A stretch of DNA of 56,754 nucleotides, filler included, from Sphacelaria rigidula (GCA_964200075.2; 5 parts of 5 records of this genome joined end to end with filler, not necessarily neighbours in it); one strand, 5' to 3'; shown: positions 24,845-38,164, numbered from the whole stretch's first letter. The notes: generated from the sequence alone by a model not told the origin. Translations and numbers: made by a program.

Positions 24845-24947
24845 ACCGGCGAGAGATGGGTTGATCCCTTGAGACCACCGACTCGTCCCGAGGACGGGGA
24901 GGAATTCAAAGTGCGACAAATAGTATATATATATATATATATATATA
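24845..24947 (+). mobile_element. 3' fragment of the tRNA-derived SINE ending in a (TA)n tract
   Basis: gatgggttgatcccttgagaccaccgactcgtcccgagga matches the reverse complement of 7980-8045. (TA)n at ~24923-24947. Confidence 0.7.
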
Positions 24948-26769
24948 GAATATTTCGAACTCACGAGCGTGCAGCATACTTTGTAACGAGGCGTCCACGA
25001 GATTTTCTGCTGATTTTAGTGTGCAAGTTCTTCCGCACCCGCCCCGGGAGATGACTGTTCGGGCCAATGCCAATGCTAGGGGCCCGGTACGCGGATTTGG
25101 GCTACACTTTGTGCGGGGGTACACATGCATTCGCGACCGTTCGAACGGACGCGCGATCGCGGTGGTCCCGCAATGTTTCCGGCGGGCATGAACATTATAT
25201 CGGTAGAGGACCTATTTTCACGAGGGCTTGGCAAGGCAAGAATACCGCGACCCTCGAAAAAGACGGACGGGACCGGGGCGCAGCCCCGGGTCCCGTGCGG
25301 CTTGTAGTACGTATATATGTACATGTATCATTTCGCATTTTTCACCACTTTTGCCGAGTTTTCTCCGGCGGCAAAGCATCTTATGCCGCGCTATCTTTTG
25401 CAGTGCACAAAGAAGGCGCAGCGGTACATTACCTGTGAGGTTTAGATGTCATGTGATACCGGTGGCGCGTGTTCTGGGCATCGAAAGTTGCCCACACTGG
25501 CTCTATTTCCCGGGATGCCGATCCCGAACCACAAAAGCCTCCTCGAGACCGGGCAACTCTCAAAACAGGAACTAGAACCACAAAAGCGTGTTCATGGCGG
25601 GGTATTTCTTCAGAGTGTGATTATCGATATACTTCATCGGTTGTCGGCATGAGTGCTATGAGTCGAGAGTAGAGCGCCAATTGAAAGTACCTTCGATCAT
25701 TCGCTTTCTCTTGGGCAAACATTCATCCCGTATGTCCTCTTCTCTGCCCCTATCACCGGCGTTTGCATTCAGCGACACGTCGATATCATACTGAGGGATA
25801 TGAAGGGCATCGGTGACAAGTTACCACAGATAGCATGTAGTGCGTGGTGGAAGTGCATTTAGGATTTGAAAAAAAATCATTCACTGATTGACTGCTGTAC
25901 GTTTTCACTGAAAAATATCTACTCTCAAGCTCACTAAAACACTCTCCATCCTGCATGCAGAGCTATTTGTTGAACTGTCAGTGTACCTTGGTAGCAACAG
26001 TTTATAAAAGCCCTGCATGCAGAGCTACACCTTTTGAACATGAATCAGTTGTACGAATGCACGTTCCTGTAATGTGGACATACTATTAACAGGTGAGGTA
26101 GAAATATTCCTGTATACAAGGCTGCACCTACCGTGCTATTATTATACAGTCCAACTGATCATTTTCAAGAGACGTTTATTCGGGTGTTGACCTGGTGTTC
26201 AACGCATCACAATAGTTGGGGAAAAAACATTTACCACCGTAATATCTATTAAACAGTCCACGAAAGCATGTTTAAATTATTAATAGTTGTATCTCAAACT
26301 CGGACTGAAAAAAATAGAACAAAGAGCTAGCGAATAAACCGAGAAACCGAGAGCAAAGTTGGATATACCTCTGTTGATGATAAGATGAAATGAGTAGATA
26401 TCCATGCCTCGTCAGCAGGTGACCGGCTGTCGTGGTCAAATACTTCAAACTGACTGAAAAAATCCAGAATCCGGCCAAGAGAAAAACTGGGAGTACGAAA
26501 TATCGGACTAACGTGCTGGAATCCTCGTGAAAAATAGAGCAAATCTTTCCGAGGAGGCCAAATCCGCCAAGGCCAGTATTCCGCCGATAATCCGTGATGA
26601 AAGGTTCAAAAGGGCAATTTCCAGACAGATTTTTTTCAGTCCATAAGAAGCGGCCTGACAGGGGATCAGCACTGCCTTTCCCTCGTGGACCGTCAGCTGG
26701 ATATATGACTAGATAGGTAGGTAAGTAGCTAGGAGATACCATCTGCCAACACCACAGACTGTACTATTT

Positions 26770-26916
26770 TTTTTCGAAACAAGACCGTACAGTTCATTAA
26801 GTTCGCAACCATGGGGTTGGACGGCTCGGGGTTTTCTACTCTATATTCATTTTCGAAACAAGATCGTGCAGCACAATAAATCCGTAACCATGGGTTCGGA
26901 GGGCTCAGGTGTTTCT
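26770..26916. repeat. Direct duplication of a ~68-bp unit
   Basis: ttttcgaaacaagaccgtacag...aaccatggg recurs as ttttcgaaacaagatcgtgcag...aaccatggg. Confidence 0.7.
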
Positions 26917-27119
26917 CCCCGAACACAAGAGTAATTACATGCACGTGCACTAACGACTAACGCACCCGAGCGGTATTTATGGCTAAGTAGCTGAGAATGA
27001 GTTGGATGGAGTTTGCATGGTCCTGTGAACAGGTGTTATCTGGCGTGGTAATCTATAAGATATGAGTGAAGCGCCACTTCGTGCCTTTCGACCGCATGTT
27101 TTCGATCGAAAACGATTGT

Positions 27120-27390
27120 TTCACACACTTTGCATCACCCCACAGAGAGGAGCCTAGCCCACTTTTCAGGTTCGCCTGGCTCCAAGGTTTCGAGAGTGGC
27201 CGCTGAACTATAATCCGTGTGCAATAAAATCTATGGCGATCTCCACACATTATTGGACAGAGTGATGTTGGCAAGCACAGATTATTGCACACGACTTATT
27301 GTTCAGCGGCCAATCTCGAAACCTCGGAGCCAAGCGAATCTGAGAAGCAGGCTAACCTCCTCTCTGTGGGGTGATGCAAAGTGTACGAGA
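27120..27390. repeat. Long imperfect inverted repeat (foldback or MITE), arms ~110 bp
   Basis: acactttgcatcaccccacagagaggag...cgtgtgcaataa pairs with ttattgcacacg...ctcctctctgtggggtgatgcaaagtgt. Loop about 45 nt. Confidence 0.88.
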
Positions 27391-29524
27391 CGTCAATGAG
27401 TAGAAGGATTCATGCGAGGTGGCCCGTATATCCTTGTCAGACCCGGATACGTCATTGTAACTCACGACGCGGTTTTCCCCCGACACGCGTCATACTTGAA
27501 CTCCATTCTCCTCACTCCTGAGCTACCCTCCATCTACCGGATTGATACGAGCTTGGTGCTACAAGAGTCGGAGTGTCGAACGAGAGAAATGAAAGCCTTT
27601 GACAACGTAGATCTATTCTTGTCCAGCTGATAGGTACATGACATGATATCACCGCGTGAGCATCTGATAGAGAAAAGTATATAAATGAGGGATTGCTGTC
27701 CTCTTCATATCGTGCTCTATTCACAACGGTTGTAGCTCTAAGTCGATATACTAGGTGGGTATCCTACGAGGTCATCCATGTTCCCAATAAATGTTTTAGA
27801 TGGACGAAAGGGTCGATATGGATGTCCCGACGAATGGATGTCCACGCCCCGAACGAGGGCTTACCCGTGTCCCAATGATGATCCCAGACGGATTCAAGAT
27901 CCCAGACGGATACCCCGCATGGATATTTGTATCTCATACGGAGGCTGCAAGGTTATGCGAGACTATGCAACAGGCTAGGAGAGCGTCGTCGAGTTGCGGT
28001 GATTGAGTATGGACGCTGCCGGAGACTAGCTGTCTTTCTGTTGAGGAGATTTAGGCCACCACCGACGCGCGCACACGAGAGCGGCATTATGTTTGCGCGA
28101 CTTCACCCCCACTTACTAAGTCGTGACCGTTCGGTTCCCCTGACTGCACTATATCTTTCGTGCTGTGCTGGGCATGAACAACGCCAACAGTAACCATGCT
28201 CCTATACCCTTGTCTGAATAATCCCATCCCTCCAACTACCTACCTACAGCCTACGCGACGAGCCCGGGTGCACGCTAACAAGTCTGCCAAACTATTGTTG
28301 AGTCGCCCCACGACATGGGAGAACGCATAGTGATATAATACGAGCATATTCGGGAGCATTACCTAGGAATTCTGTACTCTGCACCTGGAAAAAATGCCCC
28401 ACATCATCAGCATATACCTTGGAAATTCCAGCACTCCTGTCCACGTGGGTACTACGAGGTAGCACAACTTGAAAAAGGGGCGATGCCCTACAGTATTCCG
28501 ATGGGGAGAGAAGGCGGGGGTTTTCAGAAAGCGTTCCAGGAAATGCGAACACTATACATTTGATAGTTTGATTCAACGCTTCAATGGGTTTTAGTGTTCA
28601 AGAGTGTAGTCCACATACGTGCTGTGCGTAAGCATGGCGCGATCAACGCTGGGAACTGTGCCCAGTGCATGCTTGTTCTTTGACCGACGGAAACCTGCAT
28701 GAAGCCTCGAAATGCCAACATTCCACCACAATCATCATGGTGCGCCATCAGCGAGAGTAAAACGCATCCTGCTTGTCCAGCGGTGTGTAGGGCTAGAGTG
28801 TGAAACGGGGGTAATCGAAGACTGCGACATCCTTGAACCGCCCCACATTCTTTTATATAATGGCATCAGGGCTGCATGCGGCCGAATTGCGAGAGCAGGG
28901 CTCAACAGTAGGGCAGGATTCTTCACTTCACGGTTCTTACCGTCTCATGATCATCGTGTCACGGGGGTGTCCCTTTCGTGTGCGGTAGTTTTCGGGTAAC
29001 AAGATCAATGTTTACACACGACTCTCGTCCCGTCCATCGTGTAACGGCTGGCGATATAGTAGTTCGAACAGCTGTCGAGACCGATCAACGATAAAATGTA
29101 CCCAAAATAACCAAGTATTGTAGATTCACTGAACTCAGGGGGGGCGGACCCAACAAATATTCACCGTTGTGGGACCACCTTGACACATATTATTGGTACG
29201 GGTGGGGAGCGCTTTGTGCCCTCACTAAACCGACGCCGCTGTTCATGTTCAGAGGTGCTCCGAAGGGACGGGTGGTCCCAGAACTTCCAGCATGAGCATC
29301 ATTCAGCACGGACGATAGAGCAACGAGTTTGATGGAGGCGGGGGATGAGAGGGGGGGTGGGAAGTATTAGCGATCAATCATTCAAGTACGAATTAGTCAG
29401 GGAGCTTCGCTGCAAGAGCATTCGTATATGACAATCAAGCAAAAAATGCCCGCAATGGCCAAATACAGACTATGAATGACTACTTCGCGTCCTCAAGATA
29501 TAAATACGGAAAATGCACGCGATC

Positions 29525-29840
29525 ACGTCCCGATGGTCTAATGGTACAATTAGCAACATTGGCGTGAAAAGAAGGCGGGTTCGATACCTGCCACATTCTT
29601 CGGGGGTTTTCCCTTAAAAGTATATGGTTCCTGCTGTTAAAAGCGTGAGGACGTGAGTGGCGATGAAGGTTTGCTTGGCTGAGTTTGTTCGACGGGAGTC
29701 CGCGCGGTACGGGAATGCTGACCCAATCCGCGAGACCAAAGTGCAAGGCGTGTACCGGAGAGAGATGGGATCTCTAGAAACCACCGACTAATCCCGAGGA
29801 AGGGGGGGGGTAAAAGTGCGACGAAAAAAAGAAACGAACG
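29525..29840 (+). mobile_element. tRNA-derived SINE, apparently full length
   Basis: A box TGGTCTAATGG (29534), B box GGTTCGATACC (29578), body homologous to 7965-8170 and an A-rich tail. Confidence 0.65.
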
Positions 29841-31649
29841 ATTAACTCAGATGAACATTGCCCTAAATCCCTCACCACCTCAGACCGCGAAGTCGACAAA
29901 AGACGAGGGCAATTCATTTTCCCCATCGTTCGGATTGCAGAACAACTTTTCATTTTTCTCTCCCCTAGGGGCGCTATCGCCCTCTCGCTCCACTCATATC
30001 GTTGCAGCTACCCGTGGCACCACGTGGCCAGCAAAACTTGGTGTATTCACCCAATACCGAAGATGCTATGGAGGGAACATCATCGCTGCATGAGCTCTTC
30101 CATCAAATGTGACAAAATGAATATATCCACATAATGAGGTGACTGCGGTTATTCCAAATGGTGGTACCAGCGATTTGGTTCCCCGCCATCCTTGCGTTGC
30201 CGAGCCAGCCACAGCGAACGTTGCCGTGGGATGTATTGTAGTGGGCATCCTGGGTATTCAAATGCCACATACTATCACAAACGGCAATACTTCACCGAGA
30301 GTGGTTTTCAATGTGACCTTGCTTGGTATATTTAAGGCATAATAATGACGATTTCGAGTGTAAAAATCTTTGATGATTAATCATCTCACCGGAACGAGTG
30401 CACGTACGGCTTCTCACCGAAGCGACCAAAGTATGCCTGGGCACACGTACCCCACATGCCAGCCTGCTCGCGAATCACAGGCAGTACGTACGCAAGTTGA
30501 CTACGTGTGCAGTTGTGTGTGATAACCACTCTGTCGAGTATTTTTTCAGTTTCTGGCAGGAAAACGTTTTGCCAACTGCGAATCACAACCGACGCGAAAA
30601 AAACAGAAAACTGCCGGGCATATCGCTGTGTCGATCCCGACTTCACAGGTGGCATAAGAATCAGCATACGTCGGCGCGGAGAGTGATGTCACCCGCCAAA
30701 GAAATCGAGACACGGAGAACGTGAAAGCGCTGTTGGTGTTTGGGGGGAACGTAGGCCGAGCGAGACACCTTATTCCCAAACCAGTTTATTGTTGAATCTG
30801 TCCTAGACAAGGTAGTCTCCAGCGAAAGTGACAGGGCAAGGATACCGAGATACCGATTGACACCCGGATTCGCTCAAGTCCACCAACGCGTAATGGATTC
30901 GTTCAATTGGTGTGGATGGCAACGAGCAAAAGCGAGAGCAAATAAGAGGTTTGTGTACGTCCCACCGGCAGAGAATAAATGAAGACCGATGAGGGTAGCA
31001 GGCGCATTACAATTGTGCCGTGCGCGCAGTCTGCGTCAAAGTAGATCGCGTGTATCCTTGTGCGCAACCACAGCCTACAGGCACAAAAACACGCAAAACA
31101 TCCAACACACACGTCGTCAATATGCGAGAACTTTCATCCGTGCATATGCATACAGGCCGTGGGGGAGACCGGTTCCACGGTGAGGTTACGGAACATTGAG
31201 CGACGGGGGAAAGGACAGGAGGCGAGAAAACAGAGTGCCATTAATAAACTACACACACGCAACACACCTGACCAGCGGCCACGGCGATGCGCTCATCTTG
31301 CACGGTTCGGGCTTTCCCGGGCTTGATTGACGGCCGTCTTTGCTTTTTTGCAACCGAAGATCTAGCGGCATCACGTCTAGAGCATCCGCTGCCAGTAGAA
31401 CCTATCTGCAGGCGGCGGCCGCCGCCACCACCGCCGCCGCTGCCCTGAGCCGCCGCGCGCGGCAACAATAACGGTGAAGAAGCGTTGTTGTCGTGGCTGA
31501 CCGCGAGGAGCGGCGCCTGCTGCTGGGGCACGTCCGACCGGCTGTCATTCTGGGGGAAAGTCGTTGTTTCTGGGGCAATCAGAGGAATGCCGTGGCCGCG
31601 CAGATCCAGCGCCAGTGTCTCGCGCGCCTGGTCGTTGTAAGTAGGGCGT

Positions 31650-33672
31650 TTATACTTTTTCTGAGGAAATGCTAGGACTCTGGAGCGGCGGCGGTCGGTG
31701 CTGCAAGAGAAGACAAGTTCCAGGTATGCACAGAGAGCTTCTTGGGGGGGAAGGGAGGGATATACGCTGTACAACTGTCTGCCGAGTGACTATTACAAAA
31801 GATATTGCACACCTCAAGACAGAAGCTTCCACTGACCTTGTGGAATAATATATTTCTGACCCGAAACACAAAAAGCATAGTTTAGTGCACGCCGCTTTGG
31901 CATTTTTACTTACACACATCATCTGCTCGCACAAACTCTACCGTGTCTTTACTAATCACTCCCTCCCCTACGAGACTATGATTTGGATCATACCTCGTTT
32001 CACTACCCTCGTAGCTAACCCCTTTCCTCTGAGGGGTATACGGCGGATCGACAAATCACTGAAGTCGAAAATGTTCATGAGTTCGTAAAAACTTCCAATA
32101 CGTTTTTGAACCGAAACTCGAGAAATATAATAGCATGCAAAGGCCACCTTCCAGAACAAACGAGACACAAACGTCCCGTGCTGTCGTGAAAATAGAGGTA
32201 CGGGATTGATGTTACAGTTGCCCTATCTCATCGAGTAAATAGCACAATTTTATAAGTGACACTCCGGGGTCTTGACGGTCGAAAGTGCACGTGTACGCCG
32301 TTCAATTTGATCTACAGTACGTGATAAGAGTTCAGGAGGCTCCCGCCGTGGACGCGACGCGCGACCTTGCTAAAGCTACACGACGTGTGGGTAGAATGAA
32401 GGTTTTGCGGTTGTGAAAATGTCGTAGCGGCCGGTGTAAGGAGTTTAACGCATCTATGCCTACCATTTGCCGCCGACACGTGTCCAGGTTGAGTTGGATC
32501 TCGTTCTTTCCGATCATGTAACGGAAGTCCGCCCCGCGTCGAGCGCGCGTCAGCGCTCTTTCTCGTTCCCCCACCCATATTGAAGCTAGCCCTTCTAGCT
32601 CGTTGATGTGAGATCTACGCATTGTGGTGCGCCACGCACAAACGTGAGAATTCGTAATTTCGGAGGTGATTCGTAAGGGTGGTAGTCATACGAGGTAGCA
32701 GACGCACACGTGAAGGTCGGCGAGGTTAAGATGTATGAGGCGGGCGGGTATACTTCTAGATTGATCGCTGTGCAGCCATGCCGGTGGTTGATTTTTGCTT
32801 CGTTGCTGTCAACAGTTCAGTCTCGTTGCGTGGTACTTGTCCGATGGGTGCACCGCCGGTCGCGCTCGACGCAACGAGCTCCACACAAGCAAAAGAGAAC
32901 AACCTCTGGAAGAATTTGACGAAATTTAAATCCTCCGGGATGAATACTCACGAACAGGGAGACATCTACGATATCAAAACGGACCTCACAATACAGAAAT
33001 ACACGTCAGTAGCAGAAGCCCAGAATCTTTGGGGATAATGCTGTCCCGTGTACCCATGGTATCAGACCGGACATTGGTAATAAAACATCCTCGCCGACAG
33101 AAGTGTTGCGGACCACAAAATCCCCTGTTTTCCACTTACCGTTGCTGCAAGCACCCCTCTAAACCTCGCTGCTTAGCCTCCGCTGGGAACCCGCACATCG
33201 GAGCCGTGGACGGCCTCCTTGCACCGTCGAGCGCCGTCGCCCAGTCCGTGGCCCCCCGTGCCCCCGCCACCTGCCCCGCCTCCGCCTCCCCCCCTGCCCA
33301 TCCATCTCGCAACAAAATCCCATCTCCGTGTCCCGAAGCGGCGGCCGTCGATCGCCTTGTCTCTGGTCGACGGCATCCAGACTCCCGTCTGCTGAGCCAC
33401 CACATCATGCTCTCGCCTCCGGTATTCCCTCTGCCTGTGTCGTTTCCCTCGCGTGGACCGTCGCCTTCCTCTTTTCTATTTGTTCTGTTGCGTTCCTGGT
33501 TTCTCCATACAGCGCAATTCGATAGTGGTTTTGTCGCCGGATGGTGTTGGGTTGCAGTGGGGGTGTGTGTGACTTTGATGGCCGTGTCGTGGGCCATCCC
33601 GGGTCCAGGGGCGGATACACCGAGTGGTGGCCGTGCGTGGTCGCGTAAGAGCATTTCAGGTTGTCGTCGTCG

Positions 33673-33755
<83 letters not shown>

Positions 33756-34013
33756 GCCTTTGTCGTCGCTCATCGAAGGTTCCTCTTTCGACCAAACATA
33801 CGCCGCGCGTGATGGTACTAGCACCGTTGTCGTTATCGTTGTCGTTGTTGTCGTTGTTGTCGTTGTTGTTGTTGTTGTTGTTGCCTTTGTCGTCGCTCAT
33901 CGAAGGTTCCTCTTTCGACCAAACATACGCCGCGCGTGATGGTACTAGCGCCGTTGTCGTTATCGTTGTCGTTGTTGTCGTTGTTGTCGTTGTTGTTGTT
34001 GTTGTTGTTGTTG
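31650..34013 (-). CDS. 3' part of a spliced gene for an unknown low-complexity protein; exons 33140-(34013), 32464-32614, 31650-31700
   Basis: Donor CG|gtaagt at 33140 joins acceptor tag|A at 32614 in phase. Donor ATG|gtaggc at 32464 joins acceptor ttctcttgcag| at 31700. The product ends ...LEGCLQQRSHINELEGLASIWVGERERALTRARRGADFRYMIGKNEIQLNLDTCRRQMHRPPPLQSPSISSEKV*. The 5' end is cut by the spacer. Confidence 0.55.
33660..34013. repeat. (GTT)n microsatellite plus a 127-bp tandem duplication
   Basis: Pure GTT run at ~33672-33756. The unit starting gcctttgtcgtcgctcatcgaagg occurs at 33756 and 33883. Confidence 0.92.
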
Positions 34014-34113
34014 NNNNNNNNNNNNNNNNNNNNNNNNNNNNNNNNNNNNNNNNNNNNTTAATTAATTAANNNNNNNNNNNNNNNNNNNNNNNNNNNNNNN
34101 NNNNNNNNNNNNN
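34014..34113. other. Artificial spacer N44-TTAATTAATTAA-N44
   Basis: Identical linker. Confidence 0.97.
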
Positions 34114-34279
34114 TGGAGAAGTAGAGCCGAGGAGGTTCTGAGGTAGTGCTAGGGCGGGCTGTGGTATTGCTCGTGCGTGAGGTGCGGGGGGTTGATCAAC
34201 AGCTGGCGAGCCCGTGAGCATTCCAAATAAAAACGGCGCAATTACTACCTGGGTGGAGCCAGCGAGGGTTACCTCGTTG

Positions 34280-34520
34280 ACGCTTGGCCAGGTCCGGTCA
34301 GGAAGAGGAGTCGAAGGACTTCAAGACGTGGTGAGAACCGCGTGAGGGAGAGACGTGTGTGGTCGTCGGTGTAAGGTGGTACAGCGCGTCTCGGTGTAAG
34401 GAGAGGGTTGTTGTTCCTTTGAGTGGGAGGCGACTTCGTTTTTCAAAAAAGGCGGTGTGGAGTGCTGTGCTGCTGACCGAAATGTACGAGGTGCACGAGT
34501 ATGTCGCCGTGGGTGGCCAT
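34280..34520 (+). mobile_element. LTR end, PBS and leader of a Gypsy-like element; homologous to 43120-43345 in inverted orientation
   Basis: gaaggacttcaagacgTGGTGAGAACCGCGTGAG versus minus-strand aaggacttccaacacgTGGTGAGACCTGCGTGAG. The TGG start is typical of a tRNA primer-binding site. Confidence 0.55.
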
Positions 34521-35403
34521 GTTGTTCGTGCGCTGCAACAATATGTTGTCATCGATGGTCTATAGAGCCCTCCTGGACTCAGAACAAGGTCACAAGATTG
34601 CTCCAAGGGCTTCCTCCCTCACTAGGGCCTGGAGACTTCAAGACAGTTATTACTCATAAACTCACAGCCTTGGTTATCGGGAGTAGCCACATGCGTGAAG
34701 CATGTGATGTTCAAATCCACATAGTCTACCGATCAGACCCGCAAGTCCGTCAACCAATGAAAAAACGCCTACAGCAGATTGTTCCACTTGTAGATCATCA
34801 TGAACCTGCACGTACGTGTACTGGAGATAGACTACTTACTCTACAGCACCCCCAAAACTCCGCACTACTCGAAGTAGAAAACGAGTTTGATATACACTAG
34901 ACACCGGCGAACACGTTCATGCTACCTCTGTCCGCCTGTTGGTGACACATGACCATGCTATGTCATGTTCACAAATAAAATGATCATTCGCAAAACGCTG
35001 AACAACGACACTTGAACACAGGGTCTCAATCGAATTTAGTGAAGTCAATCATTCATCCAATAGCAATTTCCAGTCGTGGCATGCTCACACAAAGCAAACG
35101 CGCGGAGGAAAATACCATTTCAACCCGTAGCATTCGATCATACCATGCACTCGAAGCTCGATACCGTACTTCGCCTACAACCGTGCCCGCACCGTTTGAC
35201 TCAGTTCCAACTGACGCAGCTCAGAACAAATATGCGGTGCTCCTTCCAGACAAATGTGCACACCATCCACATTCTCCGTCTTGCAGATGCGGAACACCAT
35301 CTATGCGCTTATCCAAACACATATCAAGCCATCAAAGATATACCACAGTAAAAGATTACTGTATTCGCGCACGATTTCTTTTATCGTCAACCTCTGGAAA
35401 TCC

Positions 35404-35425
35404 AAACCCTAACCCTAACCCTAAC
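35404..35425. repeat. Short interstitial telomeric repeat (AACCCT)3
   Basis: aaaccctaaccctaaccctaac. Confidence 0.7.
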
Positions 35426-35799
35426 TCACATTATACTTTTTCATATACAAGCCTACGCATTTCGTAGTTTCCGCTCATTTTCACGCCAGCAGCAGCAATC
35501 ACCATCTCCTACACTCAATTTCTGCAAAGCGCACAAAGAGGATTCCATTTTTTGCGCGAACAATAGTATACGAGCTTTATTACATTCAGTACACAACAGT
35601 GTATGAAACACTGCCTCACTCTGACTCTTCATCAGACACTATGAACATCAGTCACACCTGCATGCTCATATTTCACTCAGCAGCTTCTTTGCACGAACCA
35701 CCATGTATCATGCGTGTCAACTAGCGCAACACAACAGACAGGTCCAGAAACCACACCACCACCACCTACAATCGTCCACAAAACTATTCAGGTATACAA

Positions 35800-38155
35800 G
35801 TCATGATATGCTTCCTGATTCTCAACAAGCATTCCACTTGTATTTGCTCCTTAGCATCACCCAACACGGCGCTCACCGCAACATGGAGCACCTCAGGCAA
35901 TGCCTGCCTTGTACTTCTCCTGCGCTCCTCCTGAGAAACAGCAGCTCTCCGGCTACAACCTCGTCCACACCGTAGAGTAGTTTTCCCACTCGAACAGACG
36001 CTCCTCGCATCATGCAGCTACAGCTCTCACAGCGGTCCCGAAAATCAGCGTGCAATGCCCACTGCACGGCAAGTACCAAACCCACCCAGGCATCAGCATC
36101 GCGTCTTCCTCTCTGAATTAGAACCTCCAAGGTACGAACAATGTCACGCACCATTTGCTCACATTCACGATGTGACAACCGCGAGTTGGCCACTACGAAT
36201 CTGCGATCCATCAGCGCCTTCTTGAGTACTCTCACAACACGATTCTCATATTGCGATACCGCATCGCTGACCCATCCCTCCTGCGACCCCAGCGCTTTGC
36301 ATCATGTCAACAGATGCTTCACCGTCTTTTCCGCCGTACAAGACTTCGCGGGCTCCAACCGCACGAAGTCCCCCGGGTCATCCATCCTTACCCATATGTG
36401 CTTGAACCGATCTCCTTTGTCCAAGCCATTATCGCCCAGCGGACCACCCTCGCCAACACTGAGAAAAGTGAAATGAAGCACCATCCCTGGGCGAAAACCA
36501 TGCACCACCTCCTTGTGGGGACGGGGAACTCCCTCACTCGCCTTGTATGCATTCATCCAGCGAAAACAGGACTTCTCGGGCGTTGCAATCACCGCTCTCG
36601 CCCACTCTACCTACAAACTGCAGTACACGAGCCCGAGCGCCACTAATGTTGTGATGCAGCGTGCCAAGCACGCCATCCTGACCGGAAAGTACGGCCTCGG
36701 CCGAGCCTTTGCCTCCACAGCAACAGGTTTGAACTTCACCTTCCAGTGCTCGACACGAGCAGGCGGATAACCATGCAGCACTCGCCCAAAAATGCTCGCT
36801 CTGTTCCGTACAGGCTCACGAATCTGGCTCACGTCGCTATCCGATATGCCGTTACCCGCGGCGCGGTGGCTTGTACTGCCTCCTCCGGCGCAACATCAAG
36901 CTCAGCAAGCTCTTGTTCCGGGGGTATGCTCATCGCCGGACTTCTCGACAACAACCGCTTGACTGAGGAATCAACGGGCTCCGCCCGACCTCCTGGTTGC
37001 TGTGAAGCGTGAACCGCGGTACTCACACGCCGACAGTCCGTAAAATCAGGCGTGTTTACACCTCGCACCGAAGTGTTTCTTGCTCGTGCACAATCACCTA
37101 AGCTACTGTACACGTCAATGCCCAGCGCCTCCAGCGTAGGGCTCCTCATGATCATCACATCATCGGTACCCGGCATGACCGCATATGAACATGGGTCCAG
37201 CGCAACCGGTCCCCCGCTGGTGTGTAAAGCGGTTCGGACAGGGCAAGTTTTCTGTTTCACGAGCTCAACATTGTCGTTAGCCAGTTTCACCAGCTGTTCA
37301 CTAATCATCGGTGTGACCACTCGAACATCTGGAACCATAGCTTGTAATTTCGCCACTACATCCACTGACATGGTGGTAATTCCAGATCCCGATTCTGAAA
37401 TGACCTTGACCGGACAAACAGTCTTTGTCTCTGCACTCGGGAGAGACAAGTCGGCAAGACATCACCTTTCCTCTTTTTCCACGCATATACCCTCAGATTG
37501 AAAATCTGGTACCTCACCCGCTCTGAGCGATCCCCACGACGACATCGCCCCAGATGTCCAGCGCGGGATTGTTTCGCCTGTTCCCGCCGATACGATCTGC
37601 TGTACGCCACGCGTAGAAATGACCGATTCTGGCGGTAGCATCGCTCCACCTCCGTAGCACCCACCCCCTCCATCGGCTGAAAAGACAGCCCTTGTAGGGG
37701 CGGGAGTCGTGCCCCCTTCTCCAGGCGTCTGTCCAGGGCCCTGCGACAGCTGCTGCTGTTGTTGCTGCGTGTCGCCGGCCTTCGACTGCCCACATGCAGT
37801 ATGTTGTGGAGCAGCAGCTTGGCTTCGCTGCTTACAATCCCTGACGAAGTGAACCTCGTTTCACATGAGAAACAACCTGCATAGCTTGGGCCCGGTTTCC
37901 GAGATTTCCCGAAACGTGCAGTATCACTGCCAGTTGTCGCTGTTTCTTCACCATTCGGTTCGCGCTTGGACTCGGAGGCCCCGCTGGCGTTCTTTTGTTT
38001 CAGCTGCGGCTAGTGACGGCGCTGTTTATCAGCCGCTTTTACCGTCTTCCGTGCCTCTGCTGCTTCCCGAGCTGTATCATACACGAGCCCAGGATCCTCT
38101 TTCCAGCTACCCTTCATGTGAAGCATGTTGAGCACTTTTGTCTTGAATTCAGGGG
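35800..38155 (-). mobile_element. Ty3/Gypsy gag-pol relic: gag C-terminus, aspartic protease, RT start, integrase; most of RT/RNase H deleted
   Basis: Protease-like CPVKVISESGSGITTMS...AVMPGTDDVMIMRSPTLEALGID, RT start PPARVEHWKVKFKP...KARPRPY, and integrase-like RPGMVLHFTFLSVG...MDDPGDFVRLEPAKSCTAEKTVKHLL. Many stops. Confidence 0.8.
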
Positions 38156-38164
38156 GGGTGGGGG

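Noticed and set aside
26272..26742. 156-aa hydrophobic ORF as a membrane protein
   Set aside because: Its composition reflects A/T runs typical of a non-coding repeat, and there is no splice or domain support.
33029..34069. 346-aa plus-strand ORF with poly-C, poly-L and poly-V
   Set aside because: It is the antisense reading of the (CAA)n repeat region. The splice signals support the minus strand.
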